Positions 10,171 through 20,877 of a stretch of DNA of 64,000 nt are shown one piece after another; the first letter of the stretch is position 1, and the number at the start of each line of letters is the position of its first letter. A program made the position numbers and the translations under genes. The notes under the pieces are model-generated. The model searched no databases. It worked only from the letters and a program-made list of their open reading frames with translations, and was not told the origin of the DNA. The stretch is from Candidatus Latescibacterota bacterium. GTDB lineage: Bacteria > Latescibacterota > UBA2968 > UBA8231. The stretch spans positions 5,280,001-5,344,000 of the forward strand of contig OZ241867.1 in the NCBI GenBank assembly GCA_965203175.1. The letters run 5' to 3'.

Positions 10171-12048
10171 ATGGAAGTCCGCCCCTTCGGCTTGTGGCCC
10201 AGCCCCCTCTCGCCCGACGAGTTGGCCAGCTCCACGCGTCTCCGTGACCTAGCTTGGGATACCGACGGCCGCACTCTCGTCTGGCTGGAGGGACGCGGGC
10301 CAAAGGGCGTGCTCGTCTGCCAACAGCCGGGGGCCGCTCCACGCGATCTCAACGCGGCGCTCTCGGTGCGTGCCCAAGTCGGCTACGGCGGCGGCGACTT
10401 TGCCGTCGCTCGCGCCCACGCGTACTTCGCCGAGCACTGCGGCCGCCTCTATCGCCAGCCGCTAGCCGGCGGCCCAGCCCAGCCGATCACGCCTCAGTTT
10501 GGTCACGCCGCGTCTCCTGCGCCTGCGCCAACAGGGCGTCATCTCGTGTACGTCCACACGTACGAGGACCGCGACACATTAGCCATCGTCGATGTCGCCG
10601 GATGCTCTTGGCCGCAAATCCTCGCGGAAGGGGCCGACTTCTACATGCAGCCAGCCTGGCATCCCAGAGGCGACCGCTTGGCCTGGATCGAGTGGGATCA
10701 TCCGCAGATGCCTTGGGACGGCACCCGCCTAGTGCTAGGCCAGCTTGCGCGCAGCCGCCACGGGCTGCCCAGCCTGCGCACAACCGAGGTGCTCGCCGGC
10801 GACGCAGACACCGCCATTGCCCAGCCTTGCTTTTCACCCGACGGCCGCTATTTGGTCTATGCCTCGGACGAGCGCGGCTACAGCAACCTCTGGTGCCGCG
10901 ATCTCGCCAACGGGGACACGCGTTGCCTGTACGAGGACGCCAACGACGTCGCCACTCCCGCCTGGGCGCAGGGCATGCGGGCATTCTCATGGGCCGCCGA
11001 TAGCCACACTTTGTATTTCGTGCGCAGTGAAAACTCCCAGCGCTTAGCATACGCGCTCGACTTCGCCAGTGGAGCAGTCGCCAAGGTCGAGGCGCTGGCC
11101 GCCTACACCCACATCGAACAGCTCGCCGCGGCCCCGCGCGGCAAGGGCTTGGCCTGCATTGCCGCGGCCAGCGCGACCCCCGCCCGCATCGTCGCTGGCA
11201 CTGCCACCCAAGTAGCAGTCCGCGCCCGCTCCGCCAGCGAGTCGCTTGCCCCAGCCGATCTGTCTACGCCCGAGCCAGTTTCTTGGGCCAGCGAGGACGC
11301 CACGCAAGTCCACGGGCTGTACTATCCTCCGGCCAACCGCCGCTTTACCGGCCGCGGCCGGCCGCCGCTGATCGTGGCCGTCCACGGCGGCCCCACCGGT
11401 CAGATAGAGACCGGCTTTGAAGGCAGCCACCAATACTTTGCCACTCGCGGCTGGGCCGTCCTCGACGTGGATTACCGCGGCAGCACGGGCCACGGGCGCG
11501 CCTACATGACCGCCCTGCGCGCCCAGTGGGGCCTTCTCGACGTGACAGACGCCATCAGCGGTGCCCAGCACCTCGTCTCCAGCGGCCTCGCCGACCCAGA
11601 GTGCCTCGTCATCATGGGTGGTAGCGCCGGTGGCTACACGGTTTTGCGGGCGCTCACCACGCGGCCTGGCTTCTTCCGCGCTGGCATCTGCCTCTACGGC
11701 GTGGCCAACCTTTTCACCCTCGCCACAGACACCCACAAATTTGAATCCCGCTACCTCGATTCCATGATCGGCCCGCTGCCCGCAGCGGCTGCGGTCTATC
11801 GCAATCGCTCGCCGGTTTATGCCGCCGACCAGCTACGCGACCCGATCGCCATCTTTCAGGGAACCGACGACCAAGTTGTGCCTCCGGCCCAAGCCGAGGA
11901 GATCGTCGTCTCGTTGCGCCGCCGCAACATACCGCACGTCTATCATTTGTACGAAGGCGAGGGCCACGGCTGGCGCAAACCCGAGACCGTGCGGGCCTTC
12001 TACCAAGCCTGCGAGGATTTCCTCCGCCAACACGTCCTCTTTGCCTAA
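10171..12048 (+). CDS. S9 family peptidase (prolyl oligopeptidase/acylaminoacyl peptidase-like)
   Basis: N-terminal propeller, [20 protein letters not shown] nucleophile, QGTDD and EGEGHG. Confidence 0.9.
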   Translation: MEVRPFGLWPSPLSPDELASSTRLRDLAWDTDGRTLVWLEGRGPKGVLVCQQPGAAPRDLNAALSVRAQVGYGGGDFAVARAHAYFAEHCGRLYRQPLAGGPAQPITPQFGHAASPAPAPTGRHLVYVHTYEDRDTLAIVDVAGCSWPQILAEGADFYMQPAWHPRGDRLAWIEWDHPQMPWDGTRLVLGQLARSRHGLPSLRTTEVLAGDADTAIAQPCFSPDGRYLVYASDERGYSNLWCRDLANGDTRCLYEDANDVATPAWAQGMRAFSWAADSHTLYFVRSENSQRLAYALDFASGAVAKVEALAAYTHIEQLAAAPRGKGLACIAAASATPARIVAGTATQVAVRARSASESLAPADLSTPEPVSWASEDATQVHGLYYPPANRRFTGRGRPPLIVAVHGGPTGQIETGFEGSHQYFATRGWAVLDVDYRGSTGHGRAYMTALRAQWGLLDVTDAISGAQHLVSSGLADPECLVIMGGSAGGYTVLRALTTRPGFFRAGICLYGVANLFTLATDTHKFESRYLDSMIGPLPAAAAVYRNRSPVYAADQLRDPIAIFQGTDDQVVPPAQAEEIVVSLRRRNIPHVYHLYEGEGHGWRKPETVRAFYQACEDFLRQHVLFA

Positions 12049-12070
12049 AGCTCGCCCAAAGGAGCATTCC

Positions 12071-13501
12071 TTGCACTACGAAACCGTCATCGGCATGGAA
12101 GTCCACGTCGAGTTGCAAACCGCCTCCAAGATGTTCTGCGCCTGTGCGGCCGATCACTTTCAGGTGGTGGCCAACGCCCATATCTGCCCGGTGTGCACTG
12201 GCCAGCCCGGTGCTTTGCCCGTGATCAATGGCCGCGCTGTCGAGCTGACGGTTATGACCGGCATGGCTCTCCATTGCCAAATCAAGCCCAGCAGCGTTTT
12301 TGCGCGCAAAAACTACGTCTATCCCGACCTGCCCAAGGGCTACCAGATCTCGCAATACGAGCAGCCCCTGTGCGAGAGCGGCTGGATCGAGATCGACGGC
12401 GAGAGCGGCGCCAAGCAAATCGGCGTCGTCCGCGTCCACCTCGAAGAAGACACCGGCAAGCTCCAACACGCCGGCGGCTCCAGCCTGATCGACTACAACC
12501 GCGCCGGCGTGCCGCTGATGGAAATCGTCACGGATTCCTCGCTCCGCTCAGCCGACGAGAGCTATGCGTACCTGACCCAAATCCGCCAGATCGTCCGCTA
12601 CCTAGGCGCGTCCTCTGGCGACATGGAAAAAGGGGCCATGCGCTGCGAGGCCAACATCTCGATCCGGCCTGCGGGCAGCCGCGAATTGGGCACCAAAGTC
12701 GAGGTCAAAAATCTCAATTCCTTCCGCGCCGTGCGCAGCGCCATCGCCTATGAAGCCGAGCGCCAGCAACAGATCATCGAAGCCGGCGGCCACGTCCAGC
12801 AAGAGACCATGGGCTGGGACGAACGCGCCAATATCACCCGTCCGCAGCGCAGCAAAGAGACCTCGGACGACTACCGCTACTTCCCGGAGCCAGACCTGCT
12901 CGTCGCGGAGTTAGAAGACGAGTGGATCGCCCGAGTCCACTCCAGCTTGCCCGAGCTGCCCGCCGCCAAAGCCGAACGCTTTGCCGATGCCTACGGACTC
13001 AACCCACAGGAAGTCGCCGCCTTGGTCGAAGACCACGCCGTGGCCGCGTATTTCGAGGAAGCCGCACAGGTACAAGGCGCAGATCCCAAACAGGTTGGCA
13101 ACTGGATCACCGGGGAAATTTTCCGCCGCCTCAACGCCGAGGGCCGGTCGATTGAAGACATAGAAGTCCAGCCAGCCGCGCTCGTCGAGTTGCTCGCCTT
13201 AGTCAAAAAGGGCACGATCAACCAAAACGCGGCCCGCGAAGTCTTTGGCCAACTGTGGGAACAGGGCGGCTCGCCCGCCGAGATCGTCGCCGCACGCGGC
13301 CTCGGGCAAATCTCCGACAGCGGCGAACTCGACCAAGCAGTAGCCGAAGTGATCGCCGCGCACCCCGACGCCGTCGAAAAAATCAAAGGCGGCAACCACA
13401 ACACCGTGCAATTTCTGATGGGTCAAGTAATGCGGGCGACGCGGGGGAAGGCCAATCCGCAACTCGTGCAAGAATTGCTGCGCAAGCAGTTGGGGATATA
13501 A
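12071..13501 (+). CDS. gatB: Asp-tRNA(Asn)/Glu-tRNA(Gln) amidotransferase subunit B
   Basis: [48 protein letters not shown]; TTG start after AAAGGAG. Confidence 0.97.
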   Translation: MHYETVIGMEVHVELQTASKMFCACAADHFQVVANAHICPVCTGQPGALPVINGRAVELTVMTGMALHCQIKPSSVFARKNYVYPDLPKGYQISQYEQPLCESGWIEIDGESGAKQIGVVRVHLEEDTGKLQHAGGSSLIDYNRAGVPLMEIVTDSSLRSADESYAYLTQIRQIVRYLGASSGDMEKGAMRCEANISIRPAGSRELGTKVEVKNLNSFRAVRSAIAYEAERQQQIIEAGGHVQQETMGWDERANITRPQRSKETSDDYRYFPEPDLLVAELEDEWIARVHSSLPELPAAKAERFADAYGLNPQEVAALVEDHAVAAYFEEAAQVQGADPKQVGNWITGEIFRRLNAEGRSIEDIEVQPAALVELLALVKKGTINQNAAREVFGQLWEQGGSPAEIVAARGLGQISDSGELDQAVAEVIAAHPDAVEKIKGGNHNTVQFLMGQVMRATRGKANPQLVQELLRKQLGI

Positions 13502-13546
13502 GACCCGGCTATCAGGGGGCGGCGAAACGAGAAGAAGAGTGTATAC

Positions 13547-13744
13547 GTGAATCTCGTGCGAAAACCTGTTGCCATCGTTGATCTTTTTTCTGGCCCTGGC
13601 GGTCTTAGTGAGGGCTTTTCTGCCTTCACTGATGATGCACAGCATCGCCCGTACTCGATCCGGGTTTCGATCGAAAAGGATCGATCAGCTCACGAAACTC
13701 TGCTTCTGAGGAACTTCCTGCACAAATTCAACTCCGGATTTCCA
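13547..13744 (+). pseudogene. N-terminal fragment of a C5 DNA-cytosine methyltransferase, in frame with the downstream Fic gene
   Basis: [15 protein letters not shown] (motif I) and [17 protein letters not shown] (motif II); no catalytic PCQ motif follows. Confidence 0.75.
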
Positions 13745-13777
13745 GCGCATGGTCCCCATACCGAGGGGAGTAGGAAT

Positions 13778-14833
13778 ATGAGTAACGGCTTTAGACCAGT
13801 CTTCACGACTACTCATCCGATCACCGGTGGGCTGACACACATCGAACGCGCTCGGGGATTCTTGGAAGCGGCTATGCTGTCGGAGCAGTGGGTGCGTGAG
13901 ATGGGCCAGCGCGCCTTGCTTCTGGAAGCGCACCACACCACTCACATTGAGGGAACACGCCTCACACTGGACCAAGCCCGGCGGCTGCTAGAGGGAAACC
14001 CTGTACCAGATGCCGACCCGGAAGATGCAAAGGAGTTGCTCAACTATCGGAAAGCATTCGACTTCGTATCCGAATATATTTCGAGCGGCGGTCCTATCAC
14101 GGAGGGGTTAATTCGAGAAATCCACAGATGTCTGGTCGAAGGTGTCCGCGGCGGTGCCGCAGGTCCCGGTGAGTATCGGAAGACCCAGAACTATGTGGTG
14201 AACTCCCTCACCGAAGAGATAATTTATAAGCCGCCGCCAGCTTACGATGTGCCGACCATGATGGCGGAATTAGTAGACTGGCTCCACCGGGAACAGGAGA
14301 TCCATCCCGTGCTGGTGAGCGGAATTGCGCAGTTCCAACTCGTGCATATCCATCCGTTCTTGGACGGCAATGGTCGCACCTCCCGTCTGCTTTCCACCCT
14401 GTGCCTCTATCGAGCCGGATATGACTTCAAACGCCTGTTCACGATCAGCGAATACTATGACCGGAACCGGACCGCCTTCTACCAAGCGATTCAAAGTGTC
14501 CGCGAAAGCGGCATGGACCTGACCGCCTGGCTGGAGTACTTCGTAGAAGGATTGGCCACTCAGCTTGCCGAGGTCAGGAGACGCGGAGAACGTGCCATCC
14601 GACGGGATGTCCTCATCAAGGAGCGAGGGCTGTCCGATCGTCAGGCCAAGGCGCTTAGCCACATTGTCGAGCACGGCAGTTTAACCATTCAGGACTTTGA
14701 GAACCTTTGTCCCGACGTCAACCGCCGGTCACTACAGAGAGACATTCGAGCCATGATTGAACAAGGGATCATGAAAGAAAAAGCAACGAGTCCTACGGAC
14801 CCCAATAAACGATACGTGTTCAATAATGAATAG
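13778..14833 (+). CDS. Fic family protein with C-terminal winged HTH
   Basis: [12 protein letters not shown] Fic motif; own RBS (GAGGGGAG) and ATG at 13778; C-terminal [10 protein letters not shown]. Confidence 0.9.
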   Translation: MSNGFRPVFTTTHPITGGLTHIERARGFLEAAMLSEQWVREMGQRALLLEAHHTTHIEGTRLTLDQARRLLEGNPVPDADPEDAKELLNYRKAFDFVSEYISSGGPITEGLIREIHRCLVEGVRGGAAGPGEYRKTQNYVVNSLTEEIIYKPPPAYDVPTMMAELVDWLHREQEIHPVLVSGIAQFQLVHIHPFLDGNGRTSRLLSTLCLYRAGYDFKRLFTISEYYDRNRTAFYQAIQSVRESGMDLTAWLEYFVEGLATQLAEVRRRGERAIRRDVLIKERGLSDRQAKALSHIVEHGSLTIQDFENLCPDVNRRSLQRDIRAMIEQGIMKEKATSPTDPNKRYVFNNE

Positions 14834-14844
14834 CCTAGTTCGGA

Positions 14845-14877
14845 AGCTATGACAAGCTGTGACATGGAGCTATGACA
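14845..14877. repeat. Three near-tandem 10-bp direct repeats AGCT(A/G)TGACA
   Basis: Copies at 14845, 14855 and 14868. Confidence 0.7.
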
Positions 14878-14998
14878 AAATGAAACGCAACCGAGATCTG
14901 TCGTCGCCTGTGCCATGCCGAGGAGATCGACTGACCACAGGTTCCGATCTAGCCAAGATCACCAAAGGCGGCGAACGCCATAACTATCGAAGAGCGGT

Positions 14999-15241
14999 TC
15001 AATTGAAACGATTACCCTCCCAAGCTCCCAATTCCTCTTCTGGCAGCGGATCAAAGAAGCTCTCGTCGAGTTTTATCTGGCCCTTCATGGAGCCGAATTG
15101 CCGCTTGCCCTGCTTTCGGACACGCACCATCCGGGCCACCGGCGTACCGCTACGGGCGATGACGACTTCCTCCCCCGCCTCGACCTTTGCAAGCAAACGC
15201 GATAGGTTGGTCTTCGCTTCATGGACATTCACTTTTATCAT
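14999..15241 (-). CDS. Phd/YefM family antitoxin (orphan)
   Basis: MIKVNVHEAKTNLSRLLAKVEAGEEVVIARSGTPVARM...FFDPLPEEEL; AGGAG RBS. Confidence 0.88.
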   Translation of the reverse strand: MIKVNVHEAKTNLSRLLAKVEAGEEVVIARSGTPVARMVRVRKQGKRQFGSMKGQIKLDESFFDPLPEEELGAWEGNRFN

Positions 15242-15280
15242 CGCCAACTCCTTGAGAATAAAGTTAGCTAAGAATATAGT

Positions 15281-15306
15281 TTAGCAAGCCTTCAAAGCCT
15301 TGCTAA
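15281..15306. promoter_or_regulatory. Inverted repeat TTAGCAAG-N10-CTTGCTAA upstream of the orphan antitoxin (operator or terminator of the M6 gene)
   Basis: Perfect 8-bp arms seen in the sequence; function inferred. Confidence 0.4.
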
Positions 15307-15340
15307 CGGCGCACGTGCCCGCTTGGCAAACGCACGCCTC

Positions 15341-18300
15341 TCAACGCACCAACGCCAAGCGCCCCATCGCAACAAACGAATCCGCCACCAAGCGATAGAA
15401 GTAAATCCCCGAGGCCACCACGTGCCCATCTTGGTCGCGCCCATCCCAGACGAATCGATAGCGGCCAGCCACTAACGGCCCGTCCACAAGGTGGCGCACA
15501 GGCCGTCCTAACGCATCGTAGAGCACCAACGCGACCGACGCCGCCTGCGGCAGATCAAACGGCAGCGCGACCTCGGCGTTGAAGGGGTTGGGATAGGCCG
15601 GATGCAGTGCAAAGTCGGTCGGCAGAGCCACCGCCTTAGACACCCCTTCCTCCGTGAGAAACGGCACCCACGCCACCGCGCCTTCAATCTGCGCTGCAAT
15701 GGTTGCGCTGTCGGCTGTGCTCCAGTAGTTGCCTTGAGCGTTCAATTCCTCGGCGCTCAAATTCTCAATGGCCGTGGTGTTGTTGGCAAAGGTGTTGCCG
15801 CTAATCGCCGTCGGCATCCGCGGCCCTTCCACCCGGATGGCCACAGTATTGTCTGCAAAGCGGTTGCCGACGATGTGCGGTGCAGAGTCCACGGATTGAA
15901 TGGCCGGCGTCCCGCGCACAAACTCGCTGGTGCGAATCTCCAGCGACTCTACGCCGGTTAGCTCCAAACCCCGGCCCCCGACAAACGAGCCCATCTCAAT
16001 CGCCCCTCTCGTCCCCTGCCCCAAGCGCAGACCCGCGGCAACATGCGCCCTGAACGTCGAGTTCCATATCTCCACCAGCGATCCGGAGATTTCGGCACCA
16101 GCGCGCAAGTTGCGCTCGACCAGCACCTGCGCAAGGACCAAGCGCGCCGCGCTCCTAGCGCGCAGACCATCGCCTTGGTTGGCGACGAGGCGGCTGTTGT
16201 GCAATTCCACCTCCCCCAGCCACTCTTCCAAATCCATGCCGTGCCCGGTATTTTGCTCAATCTGCGACTCCCACATCTCAATGCGCTGGCCGCGGCCGCC
16301 GATGGCCCGCACTCCAGTCCGCGGGTCGTCCGGGTCAAGGCGGCCATTGTCGATTACGGCGACGCGGATGGCCTCTAAGGATGCGTTATTGAGCAGGATC
16401 CCCTCTTGGCCATTGCCCTCAATGGTGACGTTCCGCAGCGCGAGTTGCCCGCTGCCAGCGAGAAGTATGGCTGGTCCGGAGATAGTGGTAAATTCGCTCC
16501 GATCTACCTGTACTTGGCCGTTGAGTGCTAGCCGCAGGCCGTTGCCTCCGCTTTCGCGCACCGCAGAGTCGGCGATGTGCAAGCTCGTCTCCGCGTCGAT
16601 CTCGCCGATGAAGGCAAAAGCCGTGCGCGTTAGCTCGGCGTGCTGCACCTCGACTTGAGCTCCCGGCAGCACGCGAATGCCATACCACAAGCCGTCATTG
16701 TCCGGACCGGGCTCGGTAGTTAGCTCTGCCCGCTGTCCGGCCATCCCCTCAATCGTCAACGCGCCTTCCACGATCAACTCGGCGAAGTCCGGGGACACGC
16801 CGCGCCGGCTGAGATCAAAGCGGGGAAAAGACACGCTGCTCGGGCCGATGTGCAGTTCGGACCCGGCCGGCACCACCAAATCCGCGTACACGGCCTGCTC
16901 GTCCAGCCACTGCGTCCGCCCCGGAGGCAGGCGGAAGCCGACAATCCCGCGATGGGCGTGTTCAATGGCGATGGCCACTGGGTCAATTGCTTGGCCGTCG
17001 AGCAGGTAAATACCCGACCAATCCAAGGGGCCAGTGCGCGGCGCACCCGACGAGAAAGACACATCTTCCCCGATTTTGAGATCGCCATAGACGATCAACT
17101 CGCTGCGGTCTGGATCAAACCCCGTGCCCTGTGCATCGCCGCGGGCAAAGCGGATCTCCGCACCGGCGTCAATAGTCAGCGTTGCCCCCGGTGCCACGAC
17201 CACGTCCCCGTCCAAATCCACCCGGCCCGTCCACGTCGCGTCGCCGACAATGTGGCCGGGGCGTTGCTGCCGCACCACATCGACGACCATCGCGGTACCT
17301 TGCGGGCGGATATTGTCTATAGCCACGCCCAACGGCAAGTTCCGCGCAAAGCCCGTGTGGCCGCTGAAGGCCGGATTCGTGTCCCAAGCGAAGCGGCGGA
17401 AGCGCACGCCGTCAAAAGGGTCGGTCGCGTCGCCTTTGTTGCCGTTGTGCATCGAGGAGTACGCCTCGTCCCGCGCCCAAAAGTCGAGATGATCCCGTCC
17501 TTCCACTACATCGGGGTCGCCGTTGGGCGCAAAAAGCCCATCGGCGCAGACCAAATCGACCTGTTTGTGGCGTTCCTCGTCGTTGTCCGCCTGCTCGTCT
17601 ATGTGCCAGATGAGCAGGCCGTCTTGTGGGATATTGCGGTTGTAGTACGAGCCGTCGGCGCGCCGGTGCTCCAGCAGGAAGTACTCGTCTTGGGTTAGGG
17701 GAATTTTGTACGCCTTCCGGTCGCTGAAGATCTCCCCGATCTCTAGCCCTGAGACGCTCCCTGTCACTTCCACCACCTCGATCCAACCGAGGGTAGCTAG
17801 CGACCAAGCCGAAAAGGCGTTGGGGCCATCTTCTACGCCCCAACCAAGCGTCCCCCAACCCATGATCCCCCAATTGCCAATACCTGCGGAATCGTTCTCT
17901 GGGTCCAACTCGGCCACGGTCAACGCCGTCTGATCGAAGAGATCGGGCAACCCCAACACGTGCGCGAACTCGTGACACATCGTCGAAGCCGTGATGCTAA
18001 AGGTGTGGCCCCGCTGCGTGGTGCCGCCGAAACCTGTAAAGCGACTTCGCACCCGCACAAAGCCGCCATTGGCCGCTGAATCGCCGCTGATGTAATCGGC
18101 GTTTAATCCCAAGCTGGCGATGCCAGTGGCCGCGCCAACAAAAAAATCGCGGGGCGAGGTATGCAGGTTGATAAAGACGATATCGACGTACCCGTCGTCG
18201 TCGCCGGAGTTGGGCACCCCATCGGGGCCGTCGTTGTCAAAGAGACCGAAATCGACGTCTGCATCTGCCGCGGTGAGGACCTCCAAGTTGAAGCGCCCGA

Positions 18301-18652
18301 ATTGGCCCAGGCTTCCTGGGATCTCAGCCAGATAGGTCTCGGCATTGTCGCGAGAGCGATAGCGCCGCGGCAACACTTGGCCATCGACGTGGAGCCGTCC
18401 GGCCGACATCTCGCGGTAGAAGTGAGCAAAACTACCGGGCAACTCGTCGTCGAAAAGGTCATTCGCCCACGAAGGGGCCGAATCGCCGGCACTCTCGTCC
18501 GCAAACTGCGCGAAGATAACCAACGCACTCAGGTGCTCCGGCGTCTGCACAACCTGCTGCGCCGACGACTCCAACGCCGCGCAGGCGAACTCGGCCGCTA
18601 GGGCTTGGTATGGGAAGACGAGAAGGAGGAAAAGGAACAACTTACACGCCAT
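15341..18652 (-). CDS. Second secreted M6 metalloprotease with beta-helix and FlgD-Ig/T9SS-like C-terminal domain
   Basis: Start reassigned to MACKLFLFLLLVFPYQALA (signal peptide, AAAGGA RBS); HEFAHVLGLPDLFD; AYPNPFN...WDGRDQDGHVVASGIYFY. Confidence 0.85.
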   Translation of the reverse strand: MACKLFLFLLLVFPYQALAAEFACAALESSAQQVVQTPEHLSALVIFAQFADESAGDSAPSWANDLFDDELPGSFAHFYREMSAGRLHVDGQVLPRRYRSRDNAETYLAEIPGSLGQFGRFNLEVLTAADADVDFGLFDNDGPDGVPNSGDDDGYVDIVFINLHTSPRDFFVGAATGIASLGLNADYISGDSAANGGFVRVRSRFTGFGGTTQRGHTFSITASTMCHEFAHVLGLPDLFDQTALTVAELDPENDSAGIGNWGIMGWGTLGWGVEDGPNAFSAWSLATLGWIEVVEVTGSVSGLEIGEIFSDRKAYKIPLTQDEYFLLEHRRADGSYYNRNIPQDGLLIWHIDEQADNDEERHKQVDLVCADGLFAPNGDPDVVEGRDHLDFWARDEAYSSMHNGNKGDATDPFDGVRFRRFAWDTNPAFSGHTGFARNLPLGVAIDNIRPQGTAMVVDVVRQQRPGHIVGDATWTGRVDLDGDVVVAPGATLTIDAGAEIRFARGDAQGTGFDPDRSELIVYGDLKIGEDVSFSSGAPRTGPLDWSGIYLLDGQAIDPVAIAIEHAHRGIVGFRLPPGRTQWLDEQAVYADLVVPAGSELHIGPSSVSFPRFDLSRRGVSPDFAELIVEGALTIEGMAGQRAELTTEPGPDNDGLWYGIRVLPGAQVEVQHAELTRTAFAFIGEIDAETSLHIADSAVRESGGNGLRLALNGQVQVDRSEFTTISGPAILLAGSGQLALRNVTIEGNGQEGILLNNASLEAIRVAVIDNGRLDPDDPRTGVRAIGGRGQRIEMWESQIEQNTGHGMDLEEWLGEVELHNSRLVANQGDGLRARSAARLVLAQVLVERNLRAGAEISGSLVEIWNSTFRAHVAAGLRLGQGTRGAIEMGSFVGGRGLELTGVESLEIRTSEFVRGTPAIQSVDSAPHIVGNRFADNTVAIRVEGPRMPTAISGNTFANNTTAIENLSAEELNAQGNYWSTADSATIAAQIEGAVAWVPFLTEEGVSKAVALPTDFALHPAYPNPFNAEVALPFDLPQAASVALVLYDALGRPVRHLVDGPLVAGRYRFVWDGRDQDGHVVASGIYFYRLVADSFVAMGRLALVR

Positions 18653-18671
18653 TCCTTTAGAGCGGCATACT

Positions 18672-20099
18672 TCAAAACTTATCGAGCGGCATCTGCCGAC
18701 ACTCGCGGATGAAGAGTTCGGCTTCGCGGCCATAGGTGAGGAAAGGGTCGTCGAGGCTGAGGAACTTATCGTCGCCCACGCAAATGGAGTCCCAATCAAT
18801 TTGGTAGCGCGTCTTCTGATCGGTCAGCGCTCTCATCACGCGGGAGCGAGCGCAGGCGCGGGTATCGGCTGGGGGATGCGTGATGGCTTGGTTGATCTGC
18901 TCGTCGCTGACGACTCGCTTGACCATCCCGCGCTCGTACAAATCGAAATAGAGGCTCCGCGCCGCGTTGAGATTGTGGTATTCCAGATCCAAACTTTGGA
19001 TCCAAGTATCCTGCCAGTCCAACCCCTCTTCCCGCATGAAGTACTCCAACAGCCACTTCTTAGCCACCCAATCGACGCGATCGACCAAGCACCCAGGATC
19101 GTGTTCTAAGGCGTCGATGACAAAGCGCCACTCGTCCAACACCCAGTCGCCCTCTTCGTCCCGACCGCGCAGATAGCGCTCGGCCAAATCGAGATACGCG
19201 CGCTGTATCTCCGTCGCCGTGGTGTAGCGGCCGTCCTCTAGCTGCACTTCCCAGCGATAGGTCATGTCGCGCGAAATGTCGCGGATGGCCTGCACGGGAT
19301 CGAGGAGCTTGATATCGTCGCAGATCACGCGCTCTTGCTCTTCTAAAAGCTGCAACACCAAGGCCGTGGTCCCCACCTTCAGGGCCGTGGCGTACTCCAT
19401 CATGTTCGAGTCGCCCACCAACAGGTGCAGGCGGCGGTACAATCCCCAGTCGGCCAGCGGCTCGTCGCGCGTGTTGATGATTGCGCGACTGAACTGGATC
19501 CACTGGTAGATCTCGGTGACGATGTGGTCGGCCCGCTGCGAGAGTTGGAATTCAACGCCTTCGTCCTCGGCACTGCCGTACTCGAAAATATCCGTGTGGC
19601 AACCGACTCGGCCGGCACCGGCGAATATCTGGCGGGTGACGAAAAAGGGCAGCATGGTCGGCAGCAGCACTTGCGAAAACGGCACTTCCCGCCGCACGAG
19701 GTAGTTCTCGTGGCAACCAAAAGTAGCCCCTGTGTAGTGGTCGATATTGTTCTTGAAAAAGGCCGCGCTATCGGCCAAGCCAAGCTGATCTAGCGCGCGC
19801 TGCACCAACCGCTCGCCAGCTCGGTCGGCAGCCACCAAATCAAAAAGCCCGGTGCACTCCGGAGTGGCGTACTCGACGTGGCCCATGTCGATGTACACTC
19901 GACCGCCGTTGAAGAGAAAGCCGCCATTGCCGGGCGGCTCGTCGCGGCCCCGATAGTGCATATCGACAATGCCCAAGTGCTCGCGGTAGAACACACAGTC
20001 TTTGGCCTTTATCGACACAAAATCGGGACTCAAAAAGGGATCCGAAGCCGGCGGTAGACAACCGTATTCGGTTTCCAGTCCGTAGATGCGACCTTCCAT
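18672..20099 (-). CDS. pafA: Pup/UBact-protein ligase (PafA family)
   Basis: RIYGLETEYG, NGGRVYIDMGHVEYATPEC, GCHENY, INTRDEP, RRLHLLVGDSNM, DLEYH; lies downstream of prcA. Confidence 0.88.
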   Translation of the reverse strand: MEGRIYGLETEYGCLPPASDPFLSPDFVSIKAKDCVFYREHLGIVDMHYRGRDEPPGNGGFLFNGGRVYIDMGHVEYATPECTGLFDLVAADRAGERLVQRALDQLGLADSAAFFKNNIDHYTGATFGCHENYLVRREVPFSQVLLPTMLPFFVTRQIFAGAGRVGCHTDIFEYGSAEDEGVEFQLSQRADHIVTEIYQWIQFSRAIINTRDEPLADWGLYRRLHLLVGDSNMMEYATALKVGTTALVLQLLEEQERVICDDIKLLDPVQAIRDISRDMTYRWEVQLEDGRYTTATEIQRAYLDLAERYLRGRDEEGDWVLDEWRFVIDALEHDPGCLVDRVDWVAKKWLLEYFMREEGLDWQDTWIQSLDLEYHNLNAARSLYFDLYERGMVKRVVSDEQINQAITHPPADTRACARSRVMRALTDQKTRYQIDWDSICVGDDKFLSLDDPFLTYGREAELFIRECRQMPLDKF

Positions 20100-20100
20100 A

Positions 20101-20877
20101 CTAAGCCTCGACGTAGGAAGCGAGTGGCTCGGCTAGTTGTTCCGCAGTGAGCAGGCGGAACTTCGACTTGGCGGCGCGGTCGCGGTCGAGCACCGCAGCC
20201 TCGACTGTCAGCCCTTGCAAACCGCCCTTTAGAAAATCGCGCACAGCCTCCGAGCTAGGCACCTCTCCAGCTCCATCGCGGGCGTCGAGGGTCAACCGGC
20301 CCAATCCCCACACCTCCAACGCCGCGCTCAAGGCTTGGTCGAGAGGAAGCTCTGGACTAGTCTCTTGCAATTGTGCTGTCATGGCCTGTGCGCTCTCTGT
20401 GTTGCCGCTGATGGCCGCCACCCCACCACTTTGGGCAAAAGACCCATCGGCGTCAATAGTAAAAAAGGCGTCGCCGCCGCCATCCGGGTCTAGCTCGGCC
20501 ATCATCACGCGGGCGACAAAGGGCGAGCGAAACAGCTCGTCGAAGGCCGCCTTCATCAGCGGGCCGATGCCAAAGCTGACCAATCGCTGCAAGGTCACGT
20601 CGTTGGCTGATAGGTTGAACCCTTCGAGATGGGCGATATCGATGACGGCTTTGCGCAACTTCTCGATGTCAGCCGGGTGCCCCACGGCCGCAAAGGCGAT
20701 CTCGTCGTACACCTCAAAGAGCTTGCGCGGGCCTGGAGTAGCCGTCAGCAGCAGTACCCCGTCGGCGTACGCCGTACCCACCACCGGACTGCCGCTCGCG
20801 AGTTGGTCTTCCACATACTCGCGGCGGTTGTTGATGGCCTCGACCCAGCGATAAGGTTCTTCTAACATGCGCCTCAA
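20101..20877 (-). CDS. prcA: 20S proteasome alpha subunit
   Basis: EEPYRW.EA...RREY, KLFEVYDEIAFAAVG, EAAVLDR; operon context. Confidence 0.88.
   Translation of the reverse strand: MRRMLEEPYRWVEAINNRREYVEDQLASGSPVVGTAYADGVLLLTATPGPRKLFEVYDEIAFAAVGHPADIEKLRKAVIDIAHLEGFNLSANDVTLQRLVSFGIGPLMKAAFDELFRSPFVARVMMAELDPDGGGDAFFTIDADGSFAQSGGVAAISGNTESAQAMTAQLQETSPELPLDQALSAALEVWGLGRLTLDARDGAGEVPSSEAVRDFLKGGLQGLTVEAAVLDRDRAAKSKFRLLTAEQLAEPLASYVEA

Noticed and set aside
14961-14971. ACCAAAGGCGG shared with 46811-46821 near two orphan antitoxins
   Set aside because: An 11-bp match in 64 kb can arise by chance, and the flanks do not align.
18653-18799. N-terminal extensions given by the ORF track (M6 to 18799; also gatB 11819, TauD 33577, EhpF-like 42677, PhyH 58672, DUF3137 48037)
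   Set aside because: They overlap neighbouring genes; downstream starts have an RBS and match family N-termini.
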